64,000 nucleotides of DNA from Octopus sinensis. Taxonomy: Eukaryota. Both the position numbers and the translations under genes were made by a program. A model generated the notes under the pieces. That model saw only the letters and a list, made by a program, of their open reading frames with translations, searched no databases and was not told the DNA's origin. Shown piece by piece: positions 48,012 through 59,954 of the stretch. The first letter of the stretch is position 1. Each line of letters opens with the position of its first letter. The stretch is taken from contig NC_042997.1 in assembly GCF_006345805.1 (NCBI RefSeq), forward strand, positions 91,884,001 to 91,948,000, written 5' to 3'.

Positions 48012-51000
48012 ATGTTGCTGCTACTGTCACTGCTATTGTCATTGTTGTTAATGGTATAACATCAAAATCAAATTCGATGACTGGCGTCCGTGCTAGCGGG
48101 GTGCAAAGAGCACCATATGAGTGTTACCATTGACAGAGTGGCTAACCAGCTTCCATGCCAGTGGCACTTAAAGAGCACCATCTGAGCGTGATCGTTGCCG
48201 GAGCGGCTATCTAACCTCCATGCCAGTGGCATGTAAAAGACACCATTCGAGTGTGATCGTTACCAGCATCGCCTTACTGGCACCTGTGCTGGTAGCATGT
48301 GCAAAAGATTCGAGCAAGGTCGTTGCCAGTACCGCCTGACTGGCACGTAAAAGCACCTACTACACTCTCGGAGTGGTTGGCGTTAGGAAGGGCATCCAGC
48401 TGTAGAAACTCTGCCAGATCAAGATTGAAGACTGGTGCAGCCATCTGGTTCGCCAGCCCTCAGTCATTCGTCCAACCCTTGCTAGCATGGAAAGCGGACG
48501 TTAAACGATGATGATGTGCATTGTAATATAATGTGGTTTTGGTGATTTGTGCTTAAAATGTACATCAGGAGACATCTCAAAAGTTTTAACACACTCCAGT
48601 ATTGCAATATTTCTAAAAAATTTTCCTCTCAAATTGTTTCTTGGGTTGAATCATTCCAGCTGACATTAATTTGATTAAGTCCCAGTGCATGGTACCTTGG
48701 GCAAACATCTTCTACTATAGCGCCATGCCAACCAATGCCTTATGAGCAACTTTGATAGATGAAAACTGTTTTGAAGCCCATCATATATGTGTGTGTGTGT
48801 GTGTGTCTTTGTGTTTGCTCTCCTGCCACTCCCACTTGACAACTGGTATTGGTTTATTTATGTCCCCATAATTTAGTGGTTCTGCAAAAGACACAGATAG
48901 AATAAGTAACATTTAAAAAATAAGTACTGGGGTTGATTTATTCAACTAAAGCCCTTCAAATGGTGCCCCAGCATGGCTGCAGTTCAATGATTAAAATAAG
49001 TAAAAGATAAAAAGAGATAAATATCATGGATTCAAACTCTAGCAATGACATCATAGTGGAAAGTAGACTACACTTCGATTTTCTGGCAGAAGTAAAACCA
49101 AAAAGGATCAAACTTTAAATCTCTTGGACAATGCCTGATTTTCAGAACTAGCAATCTATCTTTGTATGGAAAATCCAAAAGAAATTTGAGGTAATTAACA
49201 AATATATTGAGTGAATTTGGAACCATAATATTAGATTTGTTTTATAATTATAACCTTAGACTTAAGAGATCTTACTTCATTGCTTGAATTAAACCATATT
49301 ACCCTGAGTGGCTCAATTTTTTGATTTTTGGATATTTGTATATTGTTGGAGCAATTGAAGCAGGGTTCAATGAAGGATTGATGACTCGTATTTGGTGACC
49401 CATGGCCAAGAATTTAACTTTCTGAAGCCCAGTTAATCTAGATATAAATGGGTACTATGGGCTAACTATAATTGAACCAATATAAACATGGCATCACTAT
49501 CATGTATGTATTAGTTTGCAGTGCTAAAGAGAATGCAAATTCTCAAAAAGCTAACAGGAATCCATTTGAGGATATATTCAACCATGAAGTAACGGCAGTT
49601 ATTAGTAGCTAAGCATATTTAGGTAAACAATGTAATGAGACTAGAGGCTTATAGTATTATAGAAAAGAAAGAGAAGGAATGATTTCTTGAACCAAAGAGT
49701 GTAATATTGTTATACTTGTTTTTCTTTTCCATCAATGCCATTTCCGTTTTCAGGTGCTCAGTTTCAGTCACTAATGTTTCAATCTGTCGGCAAATAACAC
49801 CGAGGTCTTTGTCCTGTTCATAACTATACTTTGTTGTTTCGTTGAATGACATCCAGGAATCATCTATTTCTGGCTTTATTATTAGCTTGTTGACATTAGA
49901 TGGCAAATTCAATTTTTGGCATGTCTTGAAAATGGCGAATGCAGATCTTTTGAAACTTCTCTGAATGACGGAACATGACTCACATGGCAAAAAAGCAGTC
50001 TCAACTGTTTGAGTTGACTTGAAACACATATCTTTTGACATGAAACTGTAGAGACTTCCATCAGGTGACATAGGCTTGCGAGATGAAGAAGAATGTGAAA
50101 TATTTGGTGCTGATTTACAAGTGCTGGTTTCATGGTGATCAGTAACATGCTGCTTTTTTTTATCTTTTAACTAAAGAAAATAAACAGAATTAAAATAATA
50201 AGATTAATAACTTTATAATGATACTATTTTACCAAAAATAAAGAAAGATTAAAACAGTTTTCCAAAGGTTTTGTAAAGATGATGTGACAAAAGATGATTG
50301 TAAAGATGATTTTCCAAAGGTGTTGTAAAGATGATGGACAGTGAAAAAGATACAGAGGAATAAATGAATATATCAAATAATGGAATAACTGATGGATGTA
50401 TGGATAGTCAGATGGTTAAAATGAAAGGTGAGCACACAAAAATTGAGGAATAAAGTAATTGAAAGGTGCAGAGAAGTCCGGGTAAAAGAAGAGATAAATG
50501 GAAGAGACAGACGGATATCGTTTCTAAAAAATGAAAGTAAACAATTACTGGATATATTTTAATGTCCAGAATAACAATTACATATTGTGAATAAATTCTA
50601 AATTTCATATCAGAAGTGAAACTCATCAAAGAAGAAGTATCCAACAACTGGAATTAGCAACTATCACTAAAATGAATGAACAGACAAAGCTATTTGATTA
50701 AGAAGTTCATTTCACAGCCTTGGGCTAGTATCCTGTATTATAGCTTCAGCTTATCTTGTGAGTAAAATTTGGTAAATGGAAACCCATCATACACACACAC
50801 ACACACACATAAATTGAATAATTCTAACCAATCAGTATCAAGTAGATCAGTTGCATTTTTAAAAACAGAGACTTTCGCTTTGCATGTTTTCCCCTCGAAA
50901 TGTGACATTAGTCCATGTTTCACCTATGAAATGTAATTTGTCACCTTTCACGCTAATAGCAGATTTCACTGTTTTTCTCAAAACAGGTTTCCCCATTTTC

Positions 51001-52341
51001 TTCCATATGTCCATATTTATTATTGAAATATCACTTCCAATTGAAATTTAATATGTATTCCATTTATTTTTACGTGTATGAATCTGGGAGTCAATTTTTG
51101 TTTCTGCTGGGAGCACTCCAAGATTTTTAATGTTTGAACTTCGTAATTTTGTTCTGCAGTATGAACTCTTATGACCAATTCTTTTGCAACTGTAAACATT
51201 TTTGATTTTTAAATGGAGTCTTTTCTGAAATGTATGCCCCCACATCCATAACATGGATTAGGATGTGGTGCACTTTTTGATTGTACTTTTCCAGTCAGTG
51301 TATCTGTATTTTCTTGAATTTTTTCAACATTGTGTTTCAGATTTACCATCCTTTGGCATTCTTCTGCCATTGACTATAAGGTTAGATCTTGGTTCACTTG
51401 TTCCAATTTAGAAAAAATTTTTGCCCAAATTTCTGCATCCTTGTTTGCTGTAAGGCACTTGAACATCTCAGGTGTAAGTTCTTTGAGCTTAGTAAAATCA
51501 TCATTCTCTTTTTTTGTTATATTACAACACTCCATTTGAGTGCTAAATAGAGACGTTTTATCACCAAATATATTAGACAGTAATTCTATTGTTTCTTTGA
51601 AACAAATTTCATTGAGTTTTTTAGGCAACATGAAATTACAGTAACATTCATGCTCTAACAGAGCTAATTTTCGCAGTAACAATCTCTCTTTTTGTTTGTC
51701 CGACCATGATTTGCTTTCTTGCTGAAAAATCTCCTTATACCTTCTCTAGTAAAATGCAAAAGTTATACCCTCGTCTGGGGTATAACTGAATTCATTAATC
51801 GAGTTCGAAATGCCATTGGTGAAAACAAACTTACTTCACTTTTGGACTTCTTTGAATATAGCTCCAATAATTGTTCTTGTTGTAGTTGTAGCTGTAATAG
51901 TTGCTTCTGCAACTCCTGCTGCTGCTCTTGTTGCTTTTATAACTGTACTATGGAAGTTAATAGGTATTTTGTTATTTAACAAGTTGTATCACGAACAAAT
52001 TGTTAAATAACCTATGTGAGCTTCGAAAAGCTCGTCGCCAGAAGTTGTAATGTAATTTGTTACGTACGATAAATAAAATAACCAGACAACAGTAAAAACA
52101 ATGTAACAAACTAACAAATCTCTTTACGAACTAACAATCAATATTCCTTGTGAACTAACCAACCAACACCTTCTGACTTCACTAGAAACTATCACAAACT
52201 TTACTTGACTCTGAACTCTGAACCTTGAACTCACTCAGATCATTACTATTTATAATTTACTCAGACCAATCTATCTCTTGCAAGGGGCATTGTAGATCTA
52301 ATCACAACACTATATATATATATATATATATATATAGATAT

Positions 52342-52372
<31 letters not shown>

Positions 52373-52381
52373 TAGATAGAT

Positions 52382-52460
<79 letters not shown>

Positions 52461-54608
52461 AGATACAGATACAGATATTGTGTGTGTGTGTGTGTAGGTG
52501 TGTAGAGATATAGATATTATCATTATCATCATCATGCATTATAATTTGGAAGGAGTAACGAGATATGAGTAGTAGAAGACGAGGAGGAACTGAGTATGCA
52601 TATATATATATATAGTGTGTATAATCTGAGCCTGGAATGCACATGGAGAATTCAAATATAACATTAAAACATTAGAAATAAAATGTAAACACAAAACCAA
52701 ATAAGATATAATAAATAAAATGATACTACAACAAATAAGGTAGGAACTCGAGGAGTTCCAACCAATCAAAAAACTTAAAAGTTTCTTTTTTATTTTAAGA
52801 TTCTTTCACACTTCTATTTTATTGTAAGTGTCTATTTGAAATATAGAAAAATAGCTGTAAAAAAAGGAAAAGCTTACCTCATCTAAAATACGAAGTAAAG
52901 TTTTCTGCAGGAATTCATGCAAAACCCAGCTCTGACGAGCAACAAGTCCTACAGAATTGTTGCCAGCTTCTAAATTTGAGCTATTTAAGAGTAATATGTT
53001 TTTTCCTTTTGTTAACATTTTCAAAAGACTTTTACTAAATTCATTTGAAACATGAAGAAGATAGACCATTCTGGAAATAAAGAAAAAATTTAAAGTATTT
53101 TCTATCATTATTAACAACTGGTTCAAGCATTTTAAATTATTCTTTTTCAAACATATTGCTTTCAAATTTTAATACAAGGCCAGTAAATTTTACTAACCCA
53201 CAAAGATGAAAGGCAAAGCTAACCTTGGTGAAATTTGAACTTAAAACAAAGACAAACAAAAATGCTGCTAAGCATTTAACCCAGCATGCTAACAACTCTG
53301 CCAGCTCACCTGATCATATTAATTCCATTATACAGTACATAAGGTATGGCATTTTAGAATTTTGTGAGAAGGAATATTTCAAGTTTTAGATTATCCTTTA
53401 TCAAAGAGCATTGCTCCAAATATAAGATTTTCATTCTCTTCATAGGACATGAACATAGTCTTTTCATTTCTTAGTTTGTTTATAGCATTACAGATAAAGC
53501 CATGCTGGTGACCCACCATATATGATTTTTATCAAATCAATTCTTGCCAACACAGACTACCAATAAATTCTAGTGATTGTGTTCCATTGTAGAATTTCAA
53601 TAATATATTACATGCAATAACCAGATTAATATAAGTTTAGAGAGAACCAGTAATAAAGAGGTTATTTTTACTTTCCTCAACAGTTTAATGAGTGCTGTGA
53701 ATGATTGAGTCAGTGGAGTAACAAACAATAATCATCAGAAGACTAGTCATTTACTTTTCACTTCAGCTCTACTGCATTTTTGGCTAAGACACATAATTCT
53801 TATTAGCTCAGTTCACCTAGTTGTAAATACAAATTTTTGTGAATTTATACTACTCTTTTTAATTGAACAACTGAATTAGTTGATTTGCAAGAAAAAGCAG
53901 CCAAATCTTCTTTAGATAACATTCGACCATCTTGAAAAAGGAAGGATGTATTTGGATAATGTAATCTTATTATGTCTGAATAAAAGTTGATATGATCATG
54001 GCTGAAACACCTTTGAGAATTAATCTGTTCATTCATAGCAGATCCTGTGGCTAAAGAATTACAATCAAAACAACTTGGTGTTGATTGACAATAACAATAG
54101 AGATGCTGGTGAAGGATGGAATAGATTAAATTTGTAACATTATAAACTTAGCAAGTGTGTTGTTAGCTCATGGTGATAAGCTTGTTCTTCCTGTGGAGTT
54201 CAACTGTGATGGAAACCTTAACATCAAAACCATTATTTCTAATTTTATTACCATCATACCATTATGAACTCAAGATGAAATCAGACAAATAGAGAAAATA
54301 AAAAACACAAATAAATTCAAAGAACCAACAGTAAACTTTCCTCACCTGTCAATTAGCAAATCATAAAAAGCAATATGAGCAATTTGTTTAGCTTCCAACT
54401 GGTTTTCATCAGATAAGCTTGTAAAATTTAAATAATGAATCAACAGCTTTTCAATGTCTATATCTCCAGCTTGTTGACTTGGGAACTTCCATGATGGGTA
54501 ACTGAGAGGACCAAGACGAGAAATGTATTCACTAATAATTGCTTGCAAATCAAATATATCCTCCCTAAGTGAGTCCAAGCAGGCAGCAGAACCCAGCAAA
54601 TCAGCCAT
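32242..54608 (-). CDS. CCDC157: Coiled-coil domain-containing protein 157, 9 coding exons, about 724 aa (gene span)
   Basis: The N-terminus MADLLGSAACLDSLREDIFDLQ...YPSWKFP...LLIDR matches recalled human [22 protein letters not shown]...FPSWKFP...VIDR. STQTVETAFLPCESC, EQDKDL, EREVLLVQYPDL and LKSNIVRIELLEKQN follow in the expected order. Nine GT-AG exons join in frame (2175 nt including stop). Confidence 0.92.
33030..34260 (-). mobile_element. RTE-clade LINE fragment (same family as 46650)
   Basis: PWELFYANSLVLIAESLPELEKKF (degenerate YADD) and RLCWYGLVMCMDED...GRDRPRKTWDKV. Confidence 0.88.
34495..34824 (+). mobile_element. tRNA-derived SINE (family C)
   Basis: tagctcagtggttagagc head, cttgagcaagacacttt CORE-like segment, same tail as the 25148 copy. 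Confidence 0.78.
35408..35783. repeat. Young fold-back/MITE with 96-bp near-perfect inverted repeats
   Basis: 35408-35503 vs 35688-35783 differ at 2 positions by eye; inner IR tatatttacgaag/cttcgtaaatata. Confidence 0.85.
37059..37207 (-). CDS. CCDC157: CCDC157 coding exon 8
   Basis: Acceptor ccaacag|AC; SGHLEKDMALQLKSNIVRIELLEKQNLVLRNTLEKI (human [36 protein letters not shown]); donor TTG|GTAAGG. Confidence 0.88.
37405..37898 (-). mobile_element. Second copy (3' part) of the maT-like element
   Basis: Collinear similarity to about 5935-6440, including the WP..P.CN.LDYYVWGAVE region. Confidence 0.75.
38506..38620 (+). ncRNA. Degenerate type I hammerhead ribozyme-like motif
   Basis: CTGATGA (38511)...GTGCC/GGCAC, AATGTC/GACATT and CTATGAA/TTCGTAG pairings...GAAA-CAGCCA-TA-AGG (cf. 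GAAACAGCTGTAAGG at 5707). Confidence 0.45.
39476..39644 (-). CDS. CCDC157: CCDC157 coding exon 7
   Basis: Acceptor aatgtag|AGC; QEREVLLVQYPDLNGP (human KERERLLVAFPDLH); donor T|GTAAG (phase 1). Confidence 0.88.
40187..40363 (-). CDS. CCDC157: CCDC157 coding exon 6
   Basis: Acceptor gatacag|TCG; SMQKKQDSLLERVEQL (human SLQAKQRALLKQLDSL); donor GAG|GTAACA. Confidence 0.88.
42262..42452 (-). CDS. CCDC157: CCDC157 coding exon 5
   Basis: Acceptor attttag|AG; LVKAQLTEE...KSILKHSE (human SMVRHQE); donor GAG|GTTTGT. Confidence 0.86.
43040..44350 (+). mobile_element. RTE-clade LINE, degraded RT region to 3' end of ORF
   Basis: KGKGDALDRSNYRGIKLL, MQFGF, STDAIFIVKQLQEKY and LAFVDLEKAFD; degenerate C-terminal GRP.K.WDE; multiple stops. 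Confidence 0.92.
45044..45252 (-). CDS. CCDC157: CCDC157 coding exon 4 (coiled coil)
   Basis: Acceptor ttattctag|A; SLENHQKATEKK...KNAQDF; donor A|GTGAGT (phase 1). Confidence 0.83.
46650..47790 (+). mobile_element. RTE-clade LINE 3' fragment with 3' UTR and (GAT)n tail
   Basis: YLGDQVS, AMLHGSETW and GHVARMDEDSCVKKC...GRGRPRKTWDEVV; the 3' UTR ends catggaaagcggacattaaacaatgatgatgat. Confidence 0.92.
48060..48516 (+). mobile_element. RTE 3'-UTR-derived short element with (GAT)n tail
   Basis: Collinear with 47325-47790; ggcgttaggaagggcatccagctgtagaaac...gacgttaaacgatgatgat; similar pieces near 14075, 18500, 36690, 38723 and 44470. Confidence 0.8.
48680..49020 (+). mobile_element. SINE family A copy
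   Basis: ccttgggcaaa...gaagccc...ccagcatggctgcagttcaatga tail. Confidence 0.72.
49716..50170 (-). CDS. CCDC157: CCDC157 coding exon 3
   Basis: Acceptor ttctttag|TTA; contains STQTVETAFLPCESC, CQKLNLPS and EQDKDL; donor AA|GTATAA (phase 2). Confidence 0.87.
50810..52309 (-). mobile_element. Degraded Gypsy 5' fragment (LTR, PBS, gag, protease remnant) in CCDC157 intron
   Basis: Putative LTR TGTTG...TTACA at 52309-52046; PBS TGGCGACGAG at 52040-52031; gag-like LLLRKL...FKETIELLSNIFGDKTSLF; zinc-knuckle remnant CKRIGHKSSYC; protease-like GSDISIIN...GKP...DWLELFNL. Confidence 0.75.
52311..52496. repeat. Compound (TA)n/(GATA)n/(GA)n/(GT)n microsatellite
   Basis: Directly visible. Confidence 0.95.
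52878..53070 (-). CDS. CCDC157: CCDC157 coding exon 2
   Basis: Acceptor tttccag|A completes the Arg codon; encodes MVYLLHVS...SVGLVARQSW...ILDE; donor GAG|GTAAGC. Confidence 0.88.
54346..54608 (-). CDS. CCDC157: CCDC157 coding exon 1 (MADLL...LLID, phase 2)
   Basis: ATG at 54608; donor AG|GTGAG after 54346. An upstream acceptor ttttttag|G at 54665 implies a non-coding first exon. Confidence 0.92.
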
Positions 54609-54769
54609 TTTATTCAAAAAACTGTTTCTTGTTTTTAGTTTGTTTTGGATTTAGTTAATGATGACCTAAAAAAATACACAATAGTATTAAACGAAAAAGA
54701 AAATACATCAAGTTAGGGCTTTTATCATGGCTCAAACTCACAGCAATAATTTATTTACAAAGCATTTTG

Positions 54770-55340
54770 TCCATTCATTATAGCTTTGTATAAGAAAAGG
54801 TGTGATATCATTCCATAAAAATGTGGGTCTATGTCATCTCTTATCACCAGATAGTGAAAAAATATGTTGTCCTTAGCATCAATTGCTTCCAGCAGATCAC
54901 AGTAGACTTCAAACCTTTTTTCTCTTCAAACTGAATACCAACTGGCACAGTACCCCACTTGCACACACTTTCCAATGCCCGAAGTCTTCTGTCTCTTGTA
55001 ATGCATTGTGATTACAGTTCAGTTGTTCAGTAAATTCATGGATTGTGTCTCATCTGCCAGTATGAATCATCACTGGTGATTTGTGTCAGTGGTTGCAGTT
55101 AATGGTCTCCCACAGTATGGTTTATCTTTAATGCTGGTTTGCTCTTCTCTATACTTCTTCAGCCATCTGTGCACAATGCTCTTGTCAATAATATCGATTC
55201 TCTAAACAATCTATAGCCTTCTATGGATGTTAGACAGCCTGCATCCCTCCTCAATCAAAAACTCAATGATAGCATGTTGCTTCTGCTTGGAAGCCATTAT
55301 TTGCTGAAAATACAAACCAGGAAGAAGACTTCTAGAGAGG
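54770..55340 (-). mobile_element. Degraded mariner N-terminal fragment
   Basis: Minus-strand remnants MASKQKQHAIIEFL..., VHRWLKKYREEQTSIKDKPYCGRP, VCAKW and ITGD. Confidence 0.65.
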
Positions 55341-55502
55341 AAGAGTTACTCAACCATCATGTGTGATTTGAACAACCAATTTTATTTATGTGCACATTTA
55401 CATTAGTCTCAATACAACTCTCATATATGTACGTACACACAGACACACACACACATACAAAGAAATTAATAAAAATTATGTAAACAATAAGCAGGACAGA
55501 AT

Positions 55503-55574
<72 letters not shown>

Positions 55575-55605
55575 ATAAACAGACAGACAGACACACACAC
55601 ACACA
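55503..55605. repeat. (GATA)n plus (GACA)n/(CA)n microsatellite
   Basis: Directly visible. Confidence 0.95.
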
Positions 55606-56226
55606 ACACTCATATTGCTTTCAAAAATAATCCTGTTACAACAATGAAGTTAATTACAAAGGGTTAACTGTAGTTACTTTTATCATACTGGAAAAGTTGC
55701 AAAAACGCTTGGGAGTATATCCAAGAAAGATGAACATTTCCACGAACTTTCACCACACCAATACAAAAACACATTTTAAGTATCAATAATTTCTTATTTT
55801 GGTACAAGACTATATATTGATAAAACAATTGCGTACAATCGATTGCCAAAACTAGGTTGGTGTTTATGAATTAAAGGCAATGTACACCCAGGTAGTATTT
55901 GAACTCAAAACGTAAACAAGTGTAACTAAAATACTGCACAGTCTTCAAACTAACACTCCACCAATTCTGCTTACCACTCTCACTTTTAGTAGTAATGAAA
56001 GTAGAAGTAAATTACGTGTCTGATTTTCTTGTTTTACTTCCACCGTTGCAATAAAAATAAACACTTATCAACATTTTAATATTCTCCTTTGAAAATTACC
56101 TTATTTTTGCCACACTCCGATAAATACAAATACACTTACTTTGTTTCCCACTAATTGATAATGAAACGATATCAAACCATGTAGTACTACTTTTAAGCTA
56201 TAACTCGTGTCCGCCGAAGTTTTGAG

Positions 56227-56260
56227 CGCCATTTTCCAACAAGTGACGTTTCTTAGCAAC
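56227..56260 (-). promoter_or_regulatory. Candidate CCDC157 core promoter: RFX X-box-like site plus YY1 motif
   Basis: GTTTCTTAGCAAC (56248-56260) resembles an X-box; TGACG at 56244; AAAATGGCG (YY1) on the minus strand at 56227-56235; a strong donor GTAAGT follows at 56139. Confidence 0.45.
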
Positions 56261-59200
56261 AACACATAGAAACAACAATCAATGATAATATTGCTTGACA
56301 TGCTTCTTCGATGTCGTGATAAAAGTAAAAAGAAGAGAAAATCGATGCGTTCTTTAATAAACCATGTAAAATATTTAATGCATAGTTAACATATTTTATT
56401 GAACTTGAATGTATTCTAACGAGTTGCTTTTAGTTTCAGTTTCCGAATATTTTTCGTCATATCTTACCATCTGTGATTCCTTTATTGTCAGGCTCGTCAC
56501 CTTTAGTTACATTTATTTTTCAGTTTAATATTGATTTCTAACATAACACAAAAAATTACATTTGGGGAAGCATATGGGCGGACGTAAAGAATGTAGACCG
56601 CCCCCCCCCTTTTTTTTTTACAGAATACCCCATTTTCCAGCACGGAGATTCTGATTCTGCAAAAAAAAAAAAAAACGGCATTTAAAAATTTTTATTTCCC
56701 TCCATCCCCCCGTAATAGTTAGCTTTAGGGTTAGGGTTAGGATTAGTTTTAGGGTGGTTAGCAGCATTGATGTCATCAGGTAATATCCAGGTTCTTTTTG
56801 TGCACATTTCACCACACTTACCTTTCTTCTGTCATCTATGCAGCATCTTCACCAAATCACACACTATAATTTACCGGGACGTGACATGCAGCGACACGTT
56901 CAACAGCTCCAATCTTGCAGCATCGACTGCAAATCCAGGTGTCGCCACTCGTAACGCGGAGAAAAGTAAAACTCTGACCGGCCTCTGTCAGTTTGTTGCC
57001 GGTCGCCGTCAAGATGTATGGTGGTTTACGATTCCGCGCTGTTGATTTCCTCCGTAAAATAGAGATAACGGCGACCCGTCTGAGAAATGAGCCCCGTGAG
57101 GTAAAGTAGCTGCAGCAGCGAGTGTCGCTGGCCAGTCTCAGCAGCAATGCCATCGCGGTCGTTACTGTGGATCACGACTGAGTACACCACTTGTTCTGTG
57201 GGATGTGGCCCATGACCCATTCCCTTCCATCTTCTGCTGCTTTACACCCGCCTTTTTTTCTTTCTTTCCCTTTCTTATATCTCTCACCCCCCCCACCTGT
57301 TTCTTCGTATTTAAATGTTATGAATAAATAGAGATTTACTGCTTGCTGAGGATTTCATATTCTCTTTCAAGTTCCTTTTGCATGCCACTACTATATCTAT
57401 GATCAAGCCTTCTCTGGTTTCGTTTATTCTTTCAGGCAAATAGGATGTTGTGGATCTTGTTACAAACCCACAACAATGCTGTTCATTGCTATTCTCGTGT
57501 CACACACGACTCTCTAAGTCCCTCATGCACGGGCCATTTTCTTTTATGTATCCACCCTATATTGCCTTTCTATGCTGCAGTTAATTCGAAAATTAGATAT
57601 TATATGTTAAGAATGGTCAGTGCCATAAAGTTTACTCATTATTATGTGTTTTGGGAATATGTGTCTTCTCCAAATACTCTTGTACGAATCTCGTACCACA
57701 ATTTTGGGCTACACGAGTAGATACCAAATGAGATCCAGGTCGTTGTTGTTAAAACTCGATATTTGTTAACCTTTACAGGTTAACAAATTAACACTTCCTT
57801 CTCTAAGCCTAGATTCGAAACCGAATCCAAGAATTCTAGGTCGTCCAAACCACGACGATCAATAGGCGCGAAAAAAGGTTTTCTTTGCCTGTCAAAAATT
57901 GATTGATTATCTCCCTTTGACCTGCGACCTCAGCATGTCAGGCGAAGTTCAACTGGACAGGGGCTAACCTATTTAGGTACAAACTCTACTGCAGTATGTC
58001 TGTTTTTCTAGCTGCCACATTTTGTTATAAATACGATAGTGAATCAAGAAAGGAGGCAGACAGACGAGATAGATCTATCTACGACCCAAGTTTCTGGCAG
58101 ACCGCAGAGTCAGAGAGAAATGTTCGAAGTGCCGATAGACTACTGTTTTGAATGAAACACGCACACACACAAATGTATTCATTCCTAATACGTACTCTGT
58201 ATTTCTAGCAACTCGTAGCAGTTGCCTACATTTTGTATGTAGTGTACCTATAACAAATCAAACCCTGTAAATAAATTTCTTTCAATCATGAATCGGTTTA
58301 TACCACTACAAACCCATACCAAGAGTTTCCTCGTCGGCAGTGATGTAGATCACCTTTACGTAAAATGAAAGTAAAGTAGCAGATGCTTAACATCGGCTAG
58401 ATCAGCCTTTGAAAGTCACATTACACTCATTCGACATCAACAAGTTGCAGAACCCTCATCTGTCGTTTATGACAGCAGAATCCACTGTATACATATGTGT
58501 ATGTATGAGAGATTGGCGGGGGCGGGGAGAACGGGCTTCTGCTTAATTTCCATGTATCAGATCACGAAACCGATAACATAGGAGTTGGAAAGGAGCTTCT
58601 ATGAAAGTATTCCCTGAATGTTGACCAAGGATATACACCAAGAGAAGTTGCACAACTCTTCTGATACAGGTCAGCAGAAGAGAAGCTATATGCATATCAG
58701 CGAAAGGCCATGTAAGTTTTCAAAGTGACAGTAAAGTAGTCTATCCTGGACTAACAACATAGAATATGAAGTATAAGCGTTTACTTATAGGAGCAGGAAA
58801 TAACAAAATAAATTGAACACAAAATGGATAGTGGCACAGGTAAAGTAAATCAAATTAGATGCGAATACTGTTGCGGACTCCGAGGAATTAACACTGTGGA
58901 TGTCACCTACATCGTAAACAACCGTCTGGAAATATCATCTACTTATGAGGCATTCTACGAGTCAATGTTGTGGTTAGAATATTATGTAGTGAAATCCGCA
59001 GAAAAGATAATTTTGAGAATACAAATATAAGAAGCTACAGAGATGTGAGTGGCATAATTACAAAATATGAAAGAATTCTGATGGAATGTCTTTGTTATAA
59101 CTTCTATAAAATGCATGCACAAGAGACCAGACAAAATGATGTAGGACAAAGAAAACTAATTTGAAATTAGAATGGTTGAAATCAGTTGTTCAGTAGATGT

Positions 59201-59954
59201 CAAAATAATGTTAAAGATAAATGAGAAAGAAAACATCTCTGCTGAACTATTTAGAAATCTGCAGTAACTCCATGTAGACTATTGCTTTACATTTCTTCCA
59301 ACAATTACAGAAGCACCTGGTTTCGTGGCTAACTGCCTTAGTGCCTGCTATGAGAAGCTGGGTTTCACAAAACCAGGAAGAGCATGAAGCAAATGCCTAT
59401 CCGAGGCTGTGGTAAAATACCCCTGTTTAAGATTCCGCGCGACAGCTTCGAATCCAGATCTGCGAAATTGTGAAGCAAACTTCTTAATACATTTACGCCT
59501 TAAACTTCCCCCGGTTGTCATTAGCAGTAAGCTTCTTTTCCAACTTGGCCTCAGTTATGATATCCTTTTGGCATTATTTAAGAGTCCTGTGGTCATGAAT
59601 AAGCATGGGATTGCACCTAGAAAGTTCTCCTCCGAGGCACAGATATAAGCCACTAAAGGCACTATTAAATATACAAAACATTCGAGATGTTTAGCATGTA
59701 ATAAAATTCACATACGCAATGACGACTACTTACATCCAAATATAACTGTCCACATACATATGTATATATGTACACCTGTGTGCGTGCATGTAGAAGTACA
59801 TGCATGAATGTCTACCTACATACATAGACACAAACGCACACAGAAACATAGATTCATGTATGTGTGACCTAGTGGTTAGGGTGTTATACTCACGTGCGCT
59901 AGAGCATAATTTCGATTCTCGAACCGAGCAGGTTTTAGGAGCGACGGACGCGCC

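Noticed and set aside
56725-56760. TTAGGG-like repeats suggesting a telomere
   Set aside because: Only 2-4 degenerate units; similar runs occur inside MITEs in this window.
57864-57876. E2F-like GGCGCGAAAA site
   Set aside because: An isolated short motif with no linked gene start.
56800-59900. Head-to-head partner gene (SF3A1 neighbours CCDC157 in human)
   Set aside because: No SF3A1-like or other recognisable coding exon on the plus strand.
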